Under the pieces are notes generated by a model. The model did no database searches and had not been told where the DNA came from. It saw only the letters and a list, made by a program, of their open reading frames with translations. The position numbers and the translations under genes are program-made. A stretch of DNA of 63,208 bases, counting the filler, from Octopus bimaculoides (lineage: Eukaryota), in assembly GCF_001194135.2 (NCBI RefSeq). It is 5 parts of 5 records of this genome, joined end to end, with 100 filler letters (N's around TTAATTAATTAA, not from the genome) between each part and the next. Parts side by side here need not be neighbours in the genome. Positions count along the whole stretch, not along the records: positions 1 to 19,086 come from NC_069000.1; positions 19,187 to 27,570 come from NC_068981.1; positions 27,671 to 31,095 come from NC_068986.1; 2 more parts are not named here. One strand, 5' to 3'. The first letter of the stretch is position 1. Each line of letters begins with the position of its first letter. Positions 13,976 to 27,855 of this stretch are shown piece by piece.

Positions 13976-14544
13976 CTCAAAATGAGAAAAATGTTCGAAC
14001 CTCTTAGATATCGACTGATAAGAAATCATAAGATAAAATTAATTTTAAAATATAATACTTATGAACTAATGCATTCGAAGCAATTATTAAATATGAAGCT
14101 GTGTAAAATAAGTGAATAATAACATGAAAGACATTACTTCAGGATTATTGTATTAATAGTCAGAGAAAACATAATTTTATCAGCTACGGTACAAAAAAAA
14201 AATGGAAACTTTTAATTGGATTCCATCTTGTAGCATTTGAGAAAAATAGAAATAAAAAATTGTCAGAAGAAATATTTTTATCAGTTATTATTCAATTAAA
14301 AAATTTTAATTTTTTAAATAAATAATTATAAAATTATAATGCCTGGCAATACAATTAACACAAAATATTGTAAATTGATATGGAATATACCTTCAGAAAT
14401 TATACGGAGTTTTTATATATACATGTATTCATTTATTCATACATGCATACATGCAAACAATCAACAAAGATACATATATACATTCATACATACATATGCA
14501 TTATGAGATTTTTATACATGCGTATACATACATATATAAATATA

Positions 14545-14553
14545 TAGATAGAC

Positions 14554-14596
<43 letters not shown>

Positions 14597-14734
14597 CAGA
14601 TAGATAGATAGACAGATAGATAGATAGACAGATAGATAGATAGGACCTTCTCTATGAGGCATTTATATAGTTCAATCGCGTATATGTATGAATATGAATC
14701 TGTGTGTATATATATATATGCACACAGATTCATA

Positions 14735-14790
<56 letters not shown>
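14545..14790. repeat. (GATA)n and (TA)n microsatellites
   Basis: Direct reading. Confidence 0.95.
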
Positions 14791-14797
<7 letters not shown>

Positions 14798-15093
14798 CAA
14801 AGAATATATATGCATGTATACACACATATATGTATATACTTACATCTACATGTGTATATAGATGCATATCAGGGTACACGACGTTCGGGCAATTGATGAA
14901 AATTGGATGTAATCGCATTAAATTATTTGTTTAAATGTCCTTTAATATATTGTATGTTAAAGGTAAAACTTCTAAACTAATTTGACAGCCAAGTATACTG
15001 TCATCTTGAAAATATCAAGAATAAACCAGCGTAATTAAATATAGTATTTTATGCACATTTTTGAAATATGATATGTGCGTGCATGCGTCTCTG

Positions 15094-15129
<36 letters not shown>

Positions 15130-15769
15130 AGAAGATAAAATAAACATAAGATAAATGATTAAAATATGTATGTCGCATTTTAAAGAAAATAGAAAATGCC
15201 AGATTGTTTAAACACATTTGTGTCTAAAATATATGTTCGCCATCTACAATCACAATTATATGCAGATGTGGATATATATGCATATACTCACGCACAAACG
15301 TGAAATCAGAGGGAAAATTTCGCAGTAGACTATTTCGTGAATCCCATAAAAATTAATTTATAATTATACAAAGATATATAAGGAAGAATATAGAACTAAA
15401 TAAAAATGTAATAGCAGTAGAATGTTACCAAAAAATAATATGTAAAAAAACAGATGTGATTTGAAAATATGCTTGTTAAAAAATGAAAATATAAGGTCAC
15501 TAAGGAGATCGATGCTGCAAAGGGATGAAGATTATATGCGACATATTCTAAAATGGGGTGCATTATGAAATAACATTCTTGGCATAAATATGGTAATGTT
15601 GCAAACTTTCCAAGTTAGTATACAAAAACTAAATTCTAAGAAGTTATTCAGTTATTGACTTCAATATCTCAGTACATAGATAGAGAAACAGTATGGAAAT
15701 TGGTACCTCATCACACACACGCAAACCTATATGTTGTTCCTTGTGAATTCTCCTTATATATACTATTCA

Positions 15770-15969
15770 CTCTTTACTCTTTTACTTGTTTCAGTCGTTT
15801 GACTGCGGACATGCTGGAGCATCACCCTTAGTCGAGCAAATCGACCCCGGGACTTATTCTTTGTGAGCCTAGTACTTAATCTATCGGTTCTTTTTACCGA
15901 ACCGCTAAGTTACGGGGACGTAAATACACCAGCATCGATTGTCAAGCAATGCTAGGGGGACAAACACAG

Positions 15970-15975
<6 letters not shown>
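15770..15975 (-). mobile_element. SINE family B, 3' half; other copies ~26120-26345(-), 27671-27805(+), 30060-30290(+), 45348-45702(+), 49435-49810(-), 50716-51040(+), 53630-53945(+)
   Basis: Recurrent core CGATAGAATAAGTACTAGG..AAGAATAAGTCCTGGGGTCGATT..CCAGCATGGCCGCAGTCA.ATGACTGAAACAAGTAAAAGA. Longer copies have a tRNA-like head, a CACCTTGGGCAAGTG CORE-like segment and an internal (TA)n/(TG)n. Confidence 0.85.
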
Positions 15976-16002
<27 letters not shown>

Positions 16003-18519
16003 NNNNNNNNNNNNNNNNNNNNNNNNNNNNNNNNNNNNNNNNNNNNNNNNNNNNNNNNNNNNNNNNNNNNNNNNNNNNNNNNNNNNNNNNNNNNNNNNNN
16101 NNNNNNNNNNNNNNNNNNNNNNNNNNNNNNNNNNNNNNNNNNNNNNNNNNNNNNNNNNNNNNNNNNNNNNNNNNNNNNNNNNNNNNNNNNNNTTTATATA
16201 TAGAAATGATCTAATTATAAATCTCACCGAGAGAAATAATTTCTAACAGTATACAAATGCTCTCTCTCCCTCTGTCTGTCTCTCTCTATATATATATAAA
16301 TAAATATATATATATTATATATAATATAAAAAGGAGACGAACGCTCGAGTCGTTGTTAATCCATTTATATGATGAAGTTTCGTCGGATGCGTATGTATAC
16401 ACACACGCACATACACGCACACACACACATACACATTGTTCTTGAGAAGTATAATATCAATAGGAATATCATTACGTCCTGTATATGACGTTGCATGTTT
16501 ACTTTTCAATATGTAATGTATATACTACATATACGCACGCACACAGACTCACAGCACATAAATTCACTGCAACAGAATTCCTTTTCTTCAACAGGCCCTA
16601 CTCTGTTTACTTGACGTAAGTGCTATTATATAAACTGTCTTACGATGTGTTTTAATTTTCAATACAAAGTGGGTGAAAGGCTTTTCTAGCGAACGGTGTC
16701 AACTATGCTTGCGCTGCTGCCTGAAATGTTTCTTCTAATTTCGATGGTAAAATCAGTGCATTAGCTTTGGTGTAGTGATTGACAGATCTAAACCCTTTAC
16801 AACAAATGTAACATCCAAATTTATGAGTCGGTTTACAACTACTTTCATATCTAAATGAGAGTGTACTTTTCGCCGACGTAATGGAAGAAGCACGCACACA
16901 CATTTGTGCGTATGTATATGTGTAGATATATACATATAAATGTGTGTGTATGCGTGTGTGTGTGTGTGTGTGTGTGGATGTATTTATGTATATATATAAA
17001 TATATACACACATACATATATATAGTAAATCCAAAATAACGAAGAACAAACACAAAATGTCAACAACGCGAGGACGTGGTACATGTAAAGTATTAGCAGA
17101 CGCCCTGACATGTGCGCATATAATTCTTATTTTTCTTTTTGTTATTTTCTTTTGCTATTTCCAGTTCGACACAAACACGCACGAATAAGACCACACGCCC
17201 ACACAGACACACAGACACACATATTTATATACATATAATACATGCTCTTATGTGCATGCTTTTATGCACCAATGTATGAGTATACAGTGAATATATGTGT
17301 AAATATACACCTACACACACACACATACACACACACACATACACACACATACACATATATATATATATATACACATATATGTATTTGGGGGAGTGTTTGT
17401 GTGTGTATAGACACGCCCACACAAACACGTACTAACACCCACACGAATATGTTATGTAATAACTTATTTATTCAAAACGATATATACAACTGAGGTAGAA
17501 GATAATCAAAGCTGTCACTAGATTTATTATATATTCATCACGACAAAGTACGACAGAATCGGTAAAATTCTCATTGCATCAGAACAAGATGATTGAAGTA
17601 ACAAATGTTCTTGAAACATTTACTCCTGGTTCTCTATATCATAGTACAACTTTGCTCTTCATTCCTCCGGGACCAGGAAAATTAAGTGTCACTGAAGTAC
17701 ATAAATTGATATAAACCTGACTTACAATTTCCATCAAAATTTCTTGCCTTTTATCTAAACCAGAATTTAGTGAGGAGGGCGATGCGGTTTCGCAATATTT
17801 CTTTCGTCTTTTCTTATATTGAGTTTAAAGATGTTGAAACCTATTCTGCATTTTATCCTTTAGCGGTTCGATAAACTGCAGTACCATTGAAGCAGAGAAA
17901 TGGATATTATCGACTAAACTCTTCTTTTAAATATTTCTAGCTTTGCGATTCAATCAGAAGCTATTATTTATGATTGTGCGCCAGAAGAATTTTTAAGGCG
18001 TCAAAGAAACTGCCTTCCGCTATCGGTTCCAGCTTTTTACATTCTGTCGTCTCAGCAACTTCTTGGAAGAAGGTGATGGATTCGGTGAGGTGACAGAACA
18101 GTCGAATATATGGTGGGCAGTATTTGAGTGACTGCATTTTATTGTTCGAGAAAAGATGAAATACAAAGTTGATTTGGTGGAATTTGAGCTCTGAATATGA
18201 TGATTCAGGATAAATACTTCATAGCGTTTTGGGGTAATGTTCTGACGATTCTACCACTTCAAGTCACCTTTGTCAGTTTCGAAACACCGTTTTTGATTTA
18301 GAAACAAGATCAGCAATTTTAAGTTAAAAACGTCGATGCCGTTGGCAAAGTATTTAACTAGTACTTAACAATTTTTCGAAAAAGCATGTTAAACTCAGCG
18401 GGATTTGGTCTCGATGTGCAGGATGTTGGAGCAAATACCGCAATGCAAGTCAATCGGCACTCCACAGCTCTGCAAATCCACCAGCCTTTACTAATTTCAT
18501 AGAAAAGTGCAAGATCATA

Positions 18520-18679
18520 AATTTTTGCCAAAGCGGATCAGTCGACTGAACCATCGCCAGGACTGCTGGCCTTCCATACACAACTTTGCCCGGACTTGTG
18601 CCTGGGAGGGTAACTTTCTAGGTGCAATCCCATGGTCATTCATGACCGAAGGGTGTCTTCAATTATTATTATTATTATA

Positions 18680-18715
<36 letters not shown>

Positions 18716-18736
18716 ATTATTATTATTATTATTATA

Positions 18737-18772
<36 letters not shown>
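18520..18772 (+). mobile_element. Probable SINE or retroposon 3' end with a long (ATT)n tail
   Basis: A ~140-bp GC-balanced segment ends directly in ~110 bp of (ATT)n. Confidence 0.5.
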
Positions 18773-19049
18773 AGTGGCTAGAAAGTAATTGCGTTTGTTA
18801 CATAAGCGCAATGAAACAGCAGAACCAACAAAGTCATGAATACAATAGAGTGTTTTGTGGAAATTACTTACAATATTTTCAATTTAAATTTTCGTCCCGC
18901 TGTGGACATTACCATTCATTATTCGCAAACCATTGATGCGTTTGATTATTATAATTATTAAACAACGATGTATTATACATCACACGTACACACGCACATG
19001 TAAATACACACATTTATATGTATATCTATATATGTGTGTGTTTTTTGTG

Positions 19050-19086
<37 letters not shown>

Positions 19087-19186
19087 NNNNNNNNNNNNNN
19101 NNNNNNNNNNNNNNNNNNNNNNNNNNNNNNTTAATTAATTAANNNNNNNNNNNNNNNNNNNNNNNNNNNNNNNNNNNNNNNNNNNN
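19087..19186. other. Assembly linker N44-TTAATTAATTAA-N44 (also 27571-27670, 31096-31195, 39373-39472)
   Basis: Identical 100-bp structure four times; TTAATTAATTAA puts a stop codon in all six frames. Confidence 0.97.
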
Positions 19187-19479
19187 ATATATATATATAC
19201 ACAGTTCAAATTTTAAAAGACAAAAGATGAAGACGAGTGAAGGAACAGCAAGCAGGTGCATTAGTTTAACACTTGGGAAGAATGGAAAAGTTTTTGATGT
19301 TTGGAACCTATGCTCTTTGACAGAAAGGATTGAGAGGAAAAAAAAAATGGAGAGAGAAAAAAACGTGTATTTTAATGGTTCAATATGATGAAATGGCTGG
19401 AAAAAAGAGGCTGGTTGTTTAGTGTGAGCAAGAAAGTCGTGGAGAAGGTGGTTTAAGTAGAGGATGAAGTGTAAAATGG

Positions 19480-19740
19480 AATTAGCAATGGACGGTATGC
19501 AGGAAAAGAATGTGGAATAAAGCAAGAGGGAGAAGGCGGTTAAGGGTTCTTATTTTGGAGAGATTAGAACAAATGGTGGCATGCATGAGGTGGCAGAAAG
19601 TGGAGTGGAGGATGGGTAAGATAGTAAAAGCAGAATGAGAGGTAGGGTAGAAATGGAGGTGGAAACCTTTGGGGATGAGGTACTGATGAAAGTAGCAATT
19701 GAGAAAGGAAATGCGACTGGAGAAATGTGTTTTTTGAAAA
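19480..19740 (-). mobile_element. Probable Penelope-like element, N-terminal ORF region, decayed
   Basis: Minus frame THFSSRISFLNCYFHQYLIPKGFHLHFYP...LMHATI resembles the SH.SFL..C....LIPKG motif of PLE ORF N-termini. Confidence 0.5.
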
Positions 19741-20710
19741 TGAGTACATATACATATATGTATATACGCACATATACATATGTGAATACATACATTCATT
19801 TATACATACACACACACACATTAATTTATTATAACAAACATATTACACTCGATAGTTGTCAAAATGTAACATTGTTTGTTCTTGAGCATATCTAGGCATT
19901 TTGAAATTTCATTTGCTCACTAGATAATGAATTTACTGTCTTGTCTCTGAATGTTCTGTTTTATAACTCATGCTATTGTAATATTTGTATGTAGGTCTCC
20001 TTTTTCATATCTTAGTATAGTGGATATTGTATAATGACATTTAAATTATTTAAATTTATGATAAAATCACCTGGTTGTAAGGACTTTAATTATTAATATT
20101 TGAAAACGCCAATGATTTTAAGAAGGATGCAGTGTAGCTGCTTGACAATAGAGATGATTAGCTGAAACTATAAACAGTAAAGGGCTCATAAAATTTGATG
20201 AATTTTAAGAAGAATGGTTGAGTTTATTTAAATCTTTTAGTTACTTTTTTTTTACGTAAAGTTGCATGAAATTCAGTATTTGAGAAAAATATATATTTAG
20301 GAGAAAGTACCCAAGGGAAAAATTAGAACTGATTATAATTTACACCGTAGGGATGGAAATAAAGCAAAATGTGGATTCAGTATTTTGAATGAGGTCTTGA
20401 CATATTCAGAAATTCAAAATCACAAAACTATTCTATTAACAGCTAAAGAACTAAATGAAAGAGGTAACTAGTTAAGATATAATCATTGGAAGTTATTGCT
20501 GATCAAGCTGATTAAGTATATAAGAATAGTAAATAATTCAGAGATGATTTTAAATAAGACATGATCTAGTTGTTGATTAATTACTGAGTATATTTCAAAT
20601 ATTTTTTACTCATGTTAGAAGACTAAAAATTTAAACCAACCTATGCAACATTCAACCAGGAATGTAGAAATAAACTGATAATGATAGTTTCACAGTTAAA
20701 CAGTTTTGAT

Positions 20711-20978
20711 CAGTGGTTCTCAACCAGGGTCCACATGACCCTGGGGTTTTATAAATCTTGGGGACCCATAAAAAATTTTGCTGCTAGAGCTTGTGCAATA
20801 AATTGGTTATACTTCAACAATACACAAAATGCTTTAATTTCTGATACATTCCCTTTTGGTATTTAATTATAAATATACATAGTGGGACTTTTTAAAACAA
20901 CAAATGGCTATGGAAGTCCAGTAAAGTAAAATAGGAATCGAAAGGGTCCATAGGTAAAAAAATGGCTGAGAACCACTA
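20711..20978. mobile_element. hAT (Charlie-like) MITE
   Basis: TIRs CAGTGGTTCTCAACC / GGCTGAGAACCACTA; TSD GTTTTGAT (20703-20710) / GTTTAGAT (20979-20986), 7/8. Confidence 0.85.
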
Positions 20979-22599
20979 GTTTAGATTTTAATCCTATTGC
21001 TAAACATATCTAAGTGTAGTTTCAAATTAAATTGCATCCTATTCTTTGGTTGTTTTTCTATCTGTAATTAACCTGTTTATATTGTTCAAAGTGCTCAGAA
21101 CATGTAATTCTCACTGACACAAAGGAAGATCTGGTTATTGTCTAAGTAGATTTAGCAGTGGAAGTATTTCATTGATTTTTAAACTGAAGGTTGATAGTGA
21201 CAATCTCCAACCCAGCCAGATTTATGCAAACAGTCCAATGAAATGGAGGTTTTCAGTAAAACATTATGAGCAATATTTCAGTCTTGCATCTTCAAAACAC
21301 CTTACTTCAACCTGGTCTGGAATCAGTGTAGTGATTAGCCAGCTATAGTGCAGTATAGTAGCTAAAAAATATAATGATTATGTTTGCCTATGATCACATA
21401 TGATCCATGCTTCTGATAGTGGCTTACAGTGGAGATATGACAGCACTGTATTTTAGAGCCTAAAGCTTAATTTAAAATATTTTGTTAATGATGCATAGGA
21501 CATTCTTTTTGGGTGCAGTCTGTAATTTTGAGGACTGTAGTGAGTCACTGCCTTATCACACAGTAAAACATTTATATCATAGAAATATTGAAGAAATACA
21601 GTAAAATAAATATATTTGAGACCTGTAGAAAGTCATCAAAATGAGAACCATTAAATGATGGTAAACTTGTTGCAAACTTTATTTCTTGTTGAAGCATTTC
21701 ATTTCATTTTTCTTTGTATCTATGACTTCTAACCATTCTTAGAAACCTGAAAAGCTGGGGTTTTCTTAGGTTATCTTGCTGTCAGAGTACTTTAGAAATG
21801 AAAATAGATTACTGGTAAGAGACTTATATTTTAGAAATTTAATGACTACTAAGTATGCCTTGAAACTAGAGAACATATTCAATTTTTGTGTGTATGTATA
21901 AGCATACATATTTGTGGGCAAATATTTTTTAGGTTAACCTTACCTTCATCTCTTATACTGGGTTTCATTCTATTGACTAAACTTATCTCCCGTGTTAACA
22001 TAGGAGATCATTAACAGCATATGAGTATCATTCAATATCTACTGAGCTCACCTATAAGTCTGATGCCTTGCACTTCATAAGATGTTCTCATTATGCCACT
22101 ATTCCTTGGGAAGTCCTGTAGTGTCACAATAATCTGTTCCTACTCTTGAAAGGATGCTGTTTTCATGCAGAAAGAAACAATTTTTTAATATTATCAAGTT
22201 CACTGAATAATGAACAGGCAGAATTGATTGTACATCAGGTAAAATAACTAGTGGTATTTAAATGTATCCTTTTATGTTCTTAATCAAAATGCTACCAAGT
22301 TCAACTTTGCTTTTTATGTGCTGAGTCAAGGTAATTATCAGTTCTTTTCTGTAATGGATAGGAAAGTTTTTCAAACTTTCATTCTAACATCCCAGGTGTG
22401 TCTGATAGAGATTACAGGAATATGACAACCAAAGGGAATTGTCCAAATAAGAAAAACAAGAGAATTCAATAGTTTTGAATATTATATCTCTCCCTAGGGA
22501 GGAATGGTTAGAAGATTCAGGTCAAGGATAGTACTGATTAATTACAAATAGGAAAAGTAAGGTTTTGAAGTAAAAGATCTCACTGGTAGACATAACTTC

Positions 22600-24510
22600 A
22601 AATTAACACTAGTTGCTGGCTATTTTGAGAGAGAGGAGGTAGGGAAATTCCTAAGGAACAACCTGCTTGAAATTCTGTTGATGGTGTTAAACTGACTACA
22701 GAGAAAGAATATAGTGGTAGAATCAAGAAACAACTTATCTATAGGAACCAATAGATATAGAAAGAATGTAAAATAGTTGAATAGTAAATAGTTGTAGAGC
22801 AAAGTGAAATATCAGGAAGTTTGGTGAGAAGTAAAAAGGCAGGTTTACATAACCAGGAAAAATAACTGAGAAGAAGAGTTTGGTTAATGTTTCACTCTGT
22901 AAGGTAGAGAGGCATGAAGTATTCTGAATTATGAGGCATTCTGTTTATATGTTGCTGGGTATCATTGACACAAAATATGTCTGAAGAATATTGATTCTGA
23001 ATACAGCAAAGGTGAGTAGAAAGAGGTTTAAATATATTGGGAGGAGGGATTGTTGAATGAAGAATATGAATGGTATTGTGAAAACCTACTCAAGTGGAAT
23101 CAATAGAACTGCCATGCAAAGGAGTAGGCTTGGCAGGAATTAAAAACAAAGGTAAGGAAGCTGCATTAAGTCCACATGAAGTAGTTGCTGAGATGTTAGC
23201 AGCATCAAGCTACATATGTTACTATGCCACTTAATTAATCTGGTAGTGTAGGAAGATGTTTATTCTCAATGACTGAGGTAGTATAATATTCCTAATCTGT
23301 TAGTAGAGCAAAGAAAGATGAATTAGAATTACAAAAATTTCAAGCTGATGATTCAAAGTGAGAGAATAATTGTGAGTCATATGGAAATGAGTAAAGGCTA
23401 AGATTTGTTTGGATAAGATACATTTTGAGTTTTACCAGAATGTGAAAATTTGGATGCTTTATTTCTAGTGAGACAGTTGCCAGAGAAGCTGTTGGCTAAG
23501 AAGAAACAACTTTATTTTGCATTCAATATGGAAAGTCATTCATAGGGAGCCACATCTCTGTAGTTTGGTGGTCCCTGAGAAAGCTTGGTATTGATAAATG
23601 GCTTGTGAGATTAATTTAACTCATGAAGGAGTAAAGTATATGTTGGCTGCATGTTCAAGAAAAGATTTAATGATGTTTCCCTACTTCTCTTTGCTATTAC
23701 CCCTTACCCAACAAAGGAGGAATTGAATGTTCCTAGAAACTTTTATATGCTGATGGCAATGTTATCATTGCAGAATTTTTTGATGAACTACAGAGAAATT
23801 TCAAAACTTAAAAATATATTTTAGAACACAAATGAAATATTGGTTGACATAACAAAAAAAAAAAAAAGTACTAATTTATAACAAAGAATATTGTGAATTG
23901 ACCTTTGCCCATAGTAAATATCCAGTGTGCTCTGTGAAAGCAAAAGGTATACAAAAAGTAGAGTAGGATTTCAAGAAGACTGAAAAGGAACTTGGACTAT
24001 GGATGCAGAAGAGTAAGTTAGTTGTAAGGGGATGAATAAAATGATGACTGGGAACCACTTAAATGGTTGGTTAGAAATAGTTAATAGTTTCTGTTAGTTT
24101 GGTGACCTATTCAATATTGTTAATGGTTGTGGTAAAGGTATAGTATCAAGACTGGAAGAGTGCTTCGGCGTTGTCATTTCTTTAAATAGCAAAGCATTAC
24201 TCTCTATGTGTTAAATGCATTTGCAGATAGTGTGTTGATAATGAGACATGCAAAGGGCCTGTGGAAGCTAGAGAATGATGAATAAAATATGATCCATCGA
24301 ATGTAAAATGTAACTTGCATGAAAAGGAGATCAGAAATTTTATCAAGAGAGAAAATGGAAGTGTTACCAAGAGATCATCTGGAGGCATTGTTCAATGTAT
24401 GCAATAGAAATGACTTGTCTAGTATGAATGTGTCAAAATATTGGGCATGTCAGACGAAAAATTGCAGTGCATTAACTATGGATGTATTTCATGGAAGATA
24501 AAGAGCAAGT
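22600..24510 (+). mobile_element. Old, heavily decayed RTE-clade LINE (RT region to near the C-terminus)
   Basis: Remnant motifs RLLNEEYEW (~23050), EVVAEML (~23180), DALFLVRQL.EK.LAKKKQLYF (~23455), WWSLRKLGIDKWLV (~23565). These align by eye with the younger copy at 62125-63160; the left edge is approximate. Confidence 0.75.
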
Positions 24511-25418
24511 AATACATTACTTTTAATTACTCCTCAGGGTATGATAAATTATTAATGACCAGTAATTTAAGAGTCACTTCAATTAAATTTACCTTTTCCT
24601 AACTGAAATTTACTTTATACCTAGCAATATGGAATCAATATGTTAGGGCTGGCACTACAGGCAAAGATGATGTATATTTTCTTTTATCACATGCTAAGGG
24701 AGCAGCTACATGATCATTCAACCTGTTAGACATAGCAACTAGATACCCCTTAAAATACAAAGGACATAAAATATGGGATAGTCAAAGCTAGAACACCTCT
24801 GAACAGGTCTGACATGAAATTAAACAACAATAAGTAACAAATTAGAACTCAACAACTGAAGACACTCATGTGTAGATATAAACTTTATCTTATATAATAA
24901 TTTTAGTATCTGACACATTTTAAAGATTTTTTTACAAAATAACGTTGCATAAAATATAGTTAATTGATTCCGCAAATGGTACAGATGATTGGCACAACCA
25001 TAAGTGTCACACTTGTGATAACAGCTCCATTTCTTTGCCTTCATCACTATTGTCATCATCACCATCATTTAACATCCATCTTCCATCCTGGCATTGGTTG
25101 GACATTCTGAGTTCATATACTGCTGGGGCTCACCTTTGTCTTCCATCTTTCTGGGGGATATAAACAATTAATGTGTGTATTTCCATCCAGCCATGCTCAG
25201 TGATTGCCAATTTCAACTCCCTATTTCTTAAAGGGTTTTGGCATGAAATTGGTTGCTAACATTGATTAGCTGTCACAAGACTATACAAATATTAATATTA
25301 TATAATATTAATACTATATTAACATTATATAAATATCAATAATAATATATTCACTCAATGATGACCTATTGCATGAGAGTTTGCTTTTTTTCTGACTCAA
25401 GAAAACTTAAAGGATAAT

Positions 25419-25451
<33 letters not shown>

Positions 25452-25454
25452 CAG

Positions 25455-26115
25455 TACAGGGAACCTGTGGAAGACGTAGACCCAAGAAGACCTGAGATGA
25501 GATGGTGAAGTATGACCTATGAACGTTGGGCTTCAAGGAGGCGATGAGAAGTGACTGAGACCTTTGGAGATACGCTGTGCTTGAGAAGACCCAGCAAGGC
25601 AAGTGAGACCGTAACTGTGGCCTATACCAGTGCAGCATAACCAGCTCATTTTAGAGTACCCTTCAATCATTGGGCAATAAACTGTGTTTGCAAAGACCTG
25701 TTGAATCAAGTGAAGTTATTGTCATGGCCGATGCCAGTACCTCCTGATTGACATCTGTGCTGGTGGCATGTAAAAAGCATCATACGAGTGTGGTCGATGC
25801 CAGTGCTGGCTGACTGGGCCTGTGCCGGTGGCACGTAAAAAGCACCATTCAAACATGGTCGTTGCCAGTGCTGCCTGACTGGCTCCTGTGCCGGTGGCAC
25901 GTAAAAAGCTCCATTCAAGTGTGGTCAATACCAGTACCACCTGACTGGCCCCCGTGCCAGTGGCACGTAAAAAGCACCCACTACACTCTGGGAGTCATTG
26001 GCGTTAGGAAGGGCATCCAGCTGTAGAAACTTTGCCAGACCAGATTGGAGCCTGGTGCAGCCTTCTGGCTTGTCAGCTCTCAGTCAAACTGTCCAACCCA
26101 TGCCAGCATGGAAAT
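25455..26115 (+). mobile_element. RTE LINE 3' end and 3' UTR; short tail-only copies at ~26985-27100(-), 27405-27565(-), 40395-40447(+), 48170-48215(+), 50250-50470(+), 54290-54457(+), 57460-57520(+), 59725-59870(-)
   Basis: Starts with GTCGRRRPKKT*DEMVK (RTE C-terminus GRGRPRKTW). It ends in the GGCGTTAGGAAGGGCATCCAGCTGTAGAAAC...CCAACCCATGCCAGCATGGAAA tail, which other copies follow with (GAT)n. Confidence 0.85.
25722..25980 (+). repeat. ~66-bp tandem repeat x4 within the RTE 3' UTR
   Basis: TAAAAAGC recurs at 25771, 25836, 25902 and 25968 (periods 65, 66, 66). Confidence 0.9.
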
Positions 26116-26891
26116 TCTTTATTATTTTATTCCTTTACTTGTTTCAGTCATTTAACTGTGGCCATGCTTGAGCAGCACCTTTAGTCGAGCAAATTGACCC
26201 CAGGACTTATTCTTTGTGAGCCTAGTACTTATTCTATCGCTCTGTTTTGCCGAACTGCTAAGTTATGGCGGCATAAACACACCCACATTGATTCTCATGC
26301 GATGTTTGGGAGACAAAAACAGACACACAAACATATACACATACATACATACATGTATATATNNNNNNNNNNNNNNNNNNNNNNNNNNNNNNNNNNNNNN
26401 NNNNNNNNNNNNNNNNNNNNNNNNNNNNNNNNNNNNNNNNNNNNNNNNNNNNNNNNNNNNNNNNNNNNNNNNNNNNNNNNNNNNNNNNNNNNNNNNNNNN
26501 NNNNNNNNNNNNNNNNNNNNNNNNNNNNNNNNNNNNNNNNNNNNNNNNNNNNNNNNNNNNNNNNNNNNNNNNNNNNNNNNNNNNNNNNNNNNNNNNNNNN
26601 NNNNNNNNNNNNNNNNNNNNNNNNNNNNNNNNNNNNNNNNNNNNNNNNNNNNNNNNNNNNNNNNNNNNNNNNNNNNNNNNNNNNNNNNNNNNNNNNNNNN
26701 NNNNNNNNNNNNNNNNNNNNNNNNNNNNNNNNNNNNNNNNNNNNNNNNNNNNNNNNNNNNNNNNNNNNNNNNNNNNNNNNNNNNNNNNNNNNNNNNNNNN
26801 NNNNNNNNNNNNNNNNNNNNNNNNNNNNNNNNNNNNNNNNNNNNNNNNNNNNNNNNNNNNNNNNNNNNNNNNNNNNNNNNNNNNNNNNNNN

Positions 26892-26926
<35 letters not shown>

Positions 26927-27809
26927 CATATATATATACATACACACACACACACACACACATATATACCCATGGAACATCATTGTTTTTGATGTCCATG
27001 TTTCCATGTTTGCAGGGGTCAGATGGAATCCTTTGAGGTAGATTTTCTACAGCCAGATGCCCATCTTTTGCCAGCCCTCACTTGTTTCTAAGCGAGGTAA
27101 TATTTCCCAGGTAAGTTTTACACAGAAGATTAGTAATGAACTACATTGTTTGTATGATGGTAATGCTTGTTTGCAACCATCACATGATGTCAAGTCATAC
27201 ACACACACACACACACATTCACACACACACTTATGTATGATGGACTTCTTTCAGAGTCCATCTACCTAATCTGTTCACAAGGGTTTTGTCAGCCTGGGGT
27301 TACCATAAAAGGCACTTACTCCAAGTGCCATACAGTGGGATTGAGCCTGAGTCCATATGCTTGTGGAGCAAGCTTCTAAACCACACAGCCACGTCTGTAC
27401 CATATCATCATCATCATCGTTTAACGTCCGCTTTCCATGCTAGCATGGGTTGGACGATTTGACTGAGGACTGGTGAAACCGGATGGCAACACCAGGCTCC
27501 AGTCTGATTTGGCAGAGTTTCTACAGCTGGATGCCCTTCCTAACGCCAACCACTCAGAGAGTGTACTACTNNNNNNNNNNNNNNNNNNNNNNNNNNNNNN
27601 NNNNNNNNNNNNNNTTAATTAATTAANNNNNNNNNNNNNNNNNNNNNNNNNNNNNNNNNNNNNNNNNNNNAGCGGTTCGGCAAAAGAGGCCGATAGAATA
27701 AGTACTAGGCTTACGAAGAATAAGTCCTGGGGTCAATTTCTTCAACTGAAAAGGCGGTGTTCCAGCATGGCCGCAGTCAAATGGCTATAACAAGTAAAAG
27801 AATAAGAGA

Positions 27810-27855
<46 letters not shown>

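Noticed and set aside
21743-22238. Plus-strand exon-like segments 21743/21770-21814 and 22171-22238
   Set aside because: Good splice sites, but joining them produces stops in every phase; unsupported without RNA data.
25290-25313. 24-bp perfect palindrome TATTAATATTATATAATATTAATA
   Set aside because: AT-only low complexity; expected by chance in this genome.
25722-25980. CRISPR-like repeat array
   Set aside because: The units are homologous along their full length with no unique spacers or cas genes; eukaryotic LINE 3' UTR context.
26194-27036. ORFs of 200-335 aa containing X runs (also near 1.6-2.2, 33.7-35.0 and 40.2-40.9 kb)
   Set aside because: Artefacts of N-gaps plus dinucleotide repeats.
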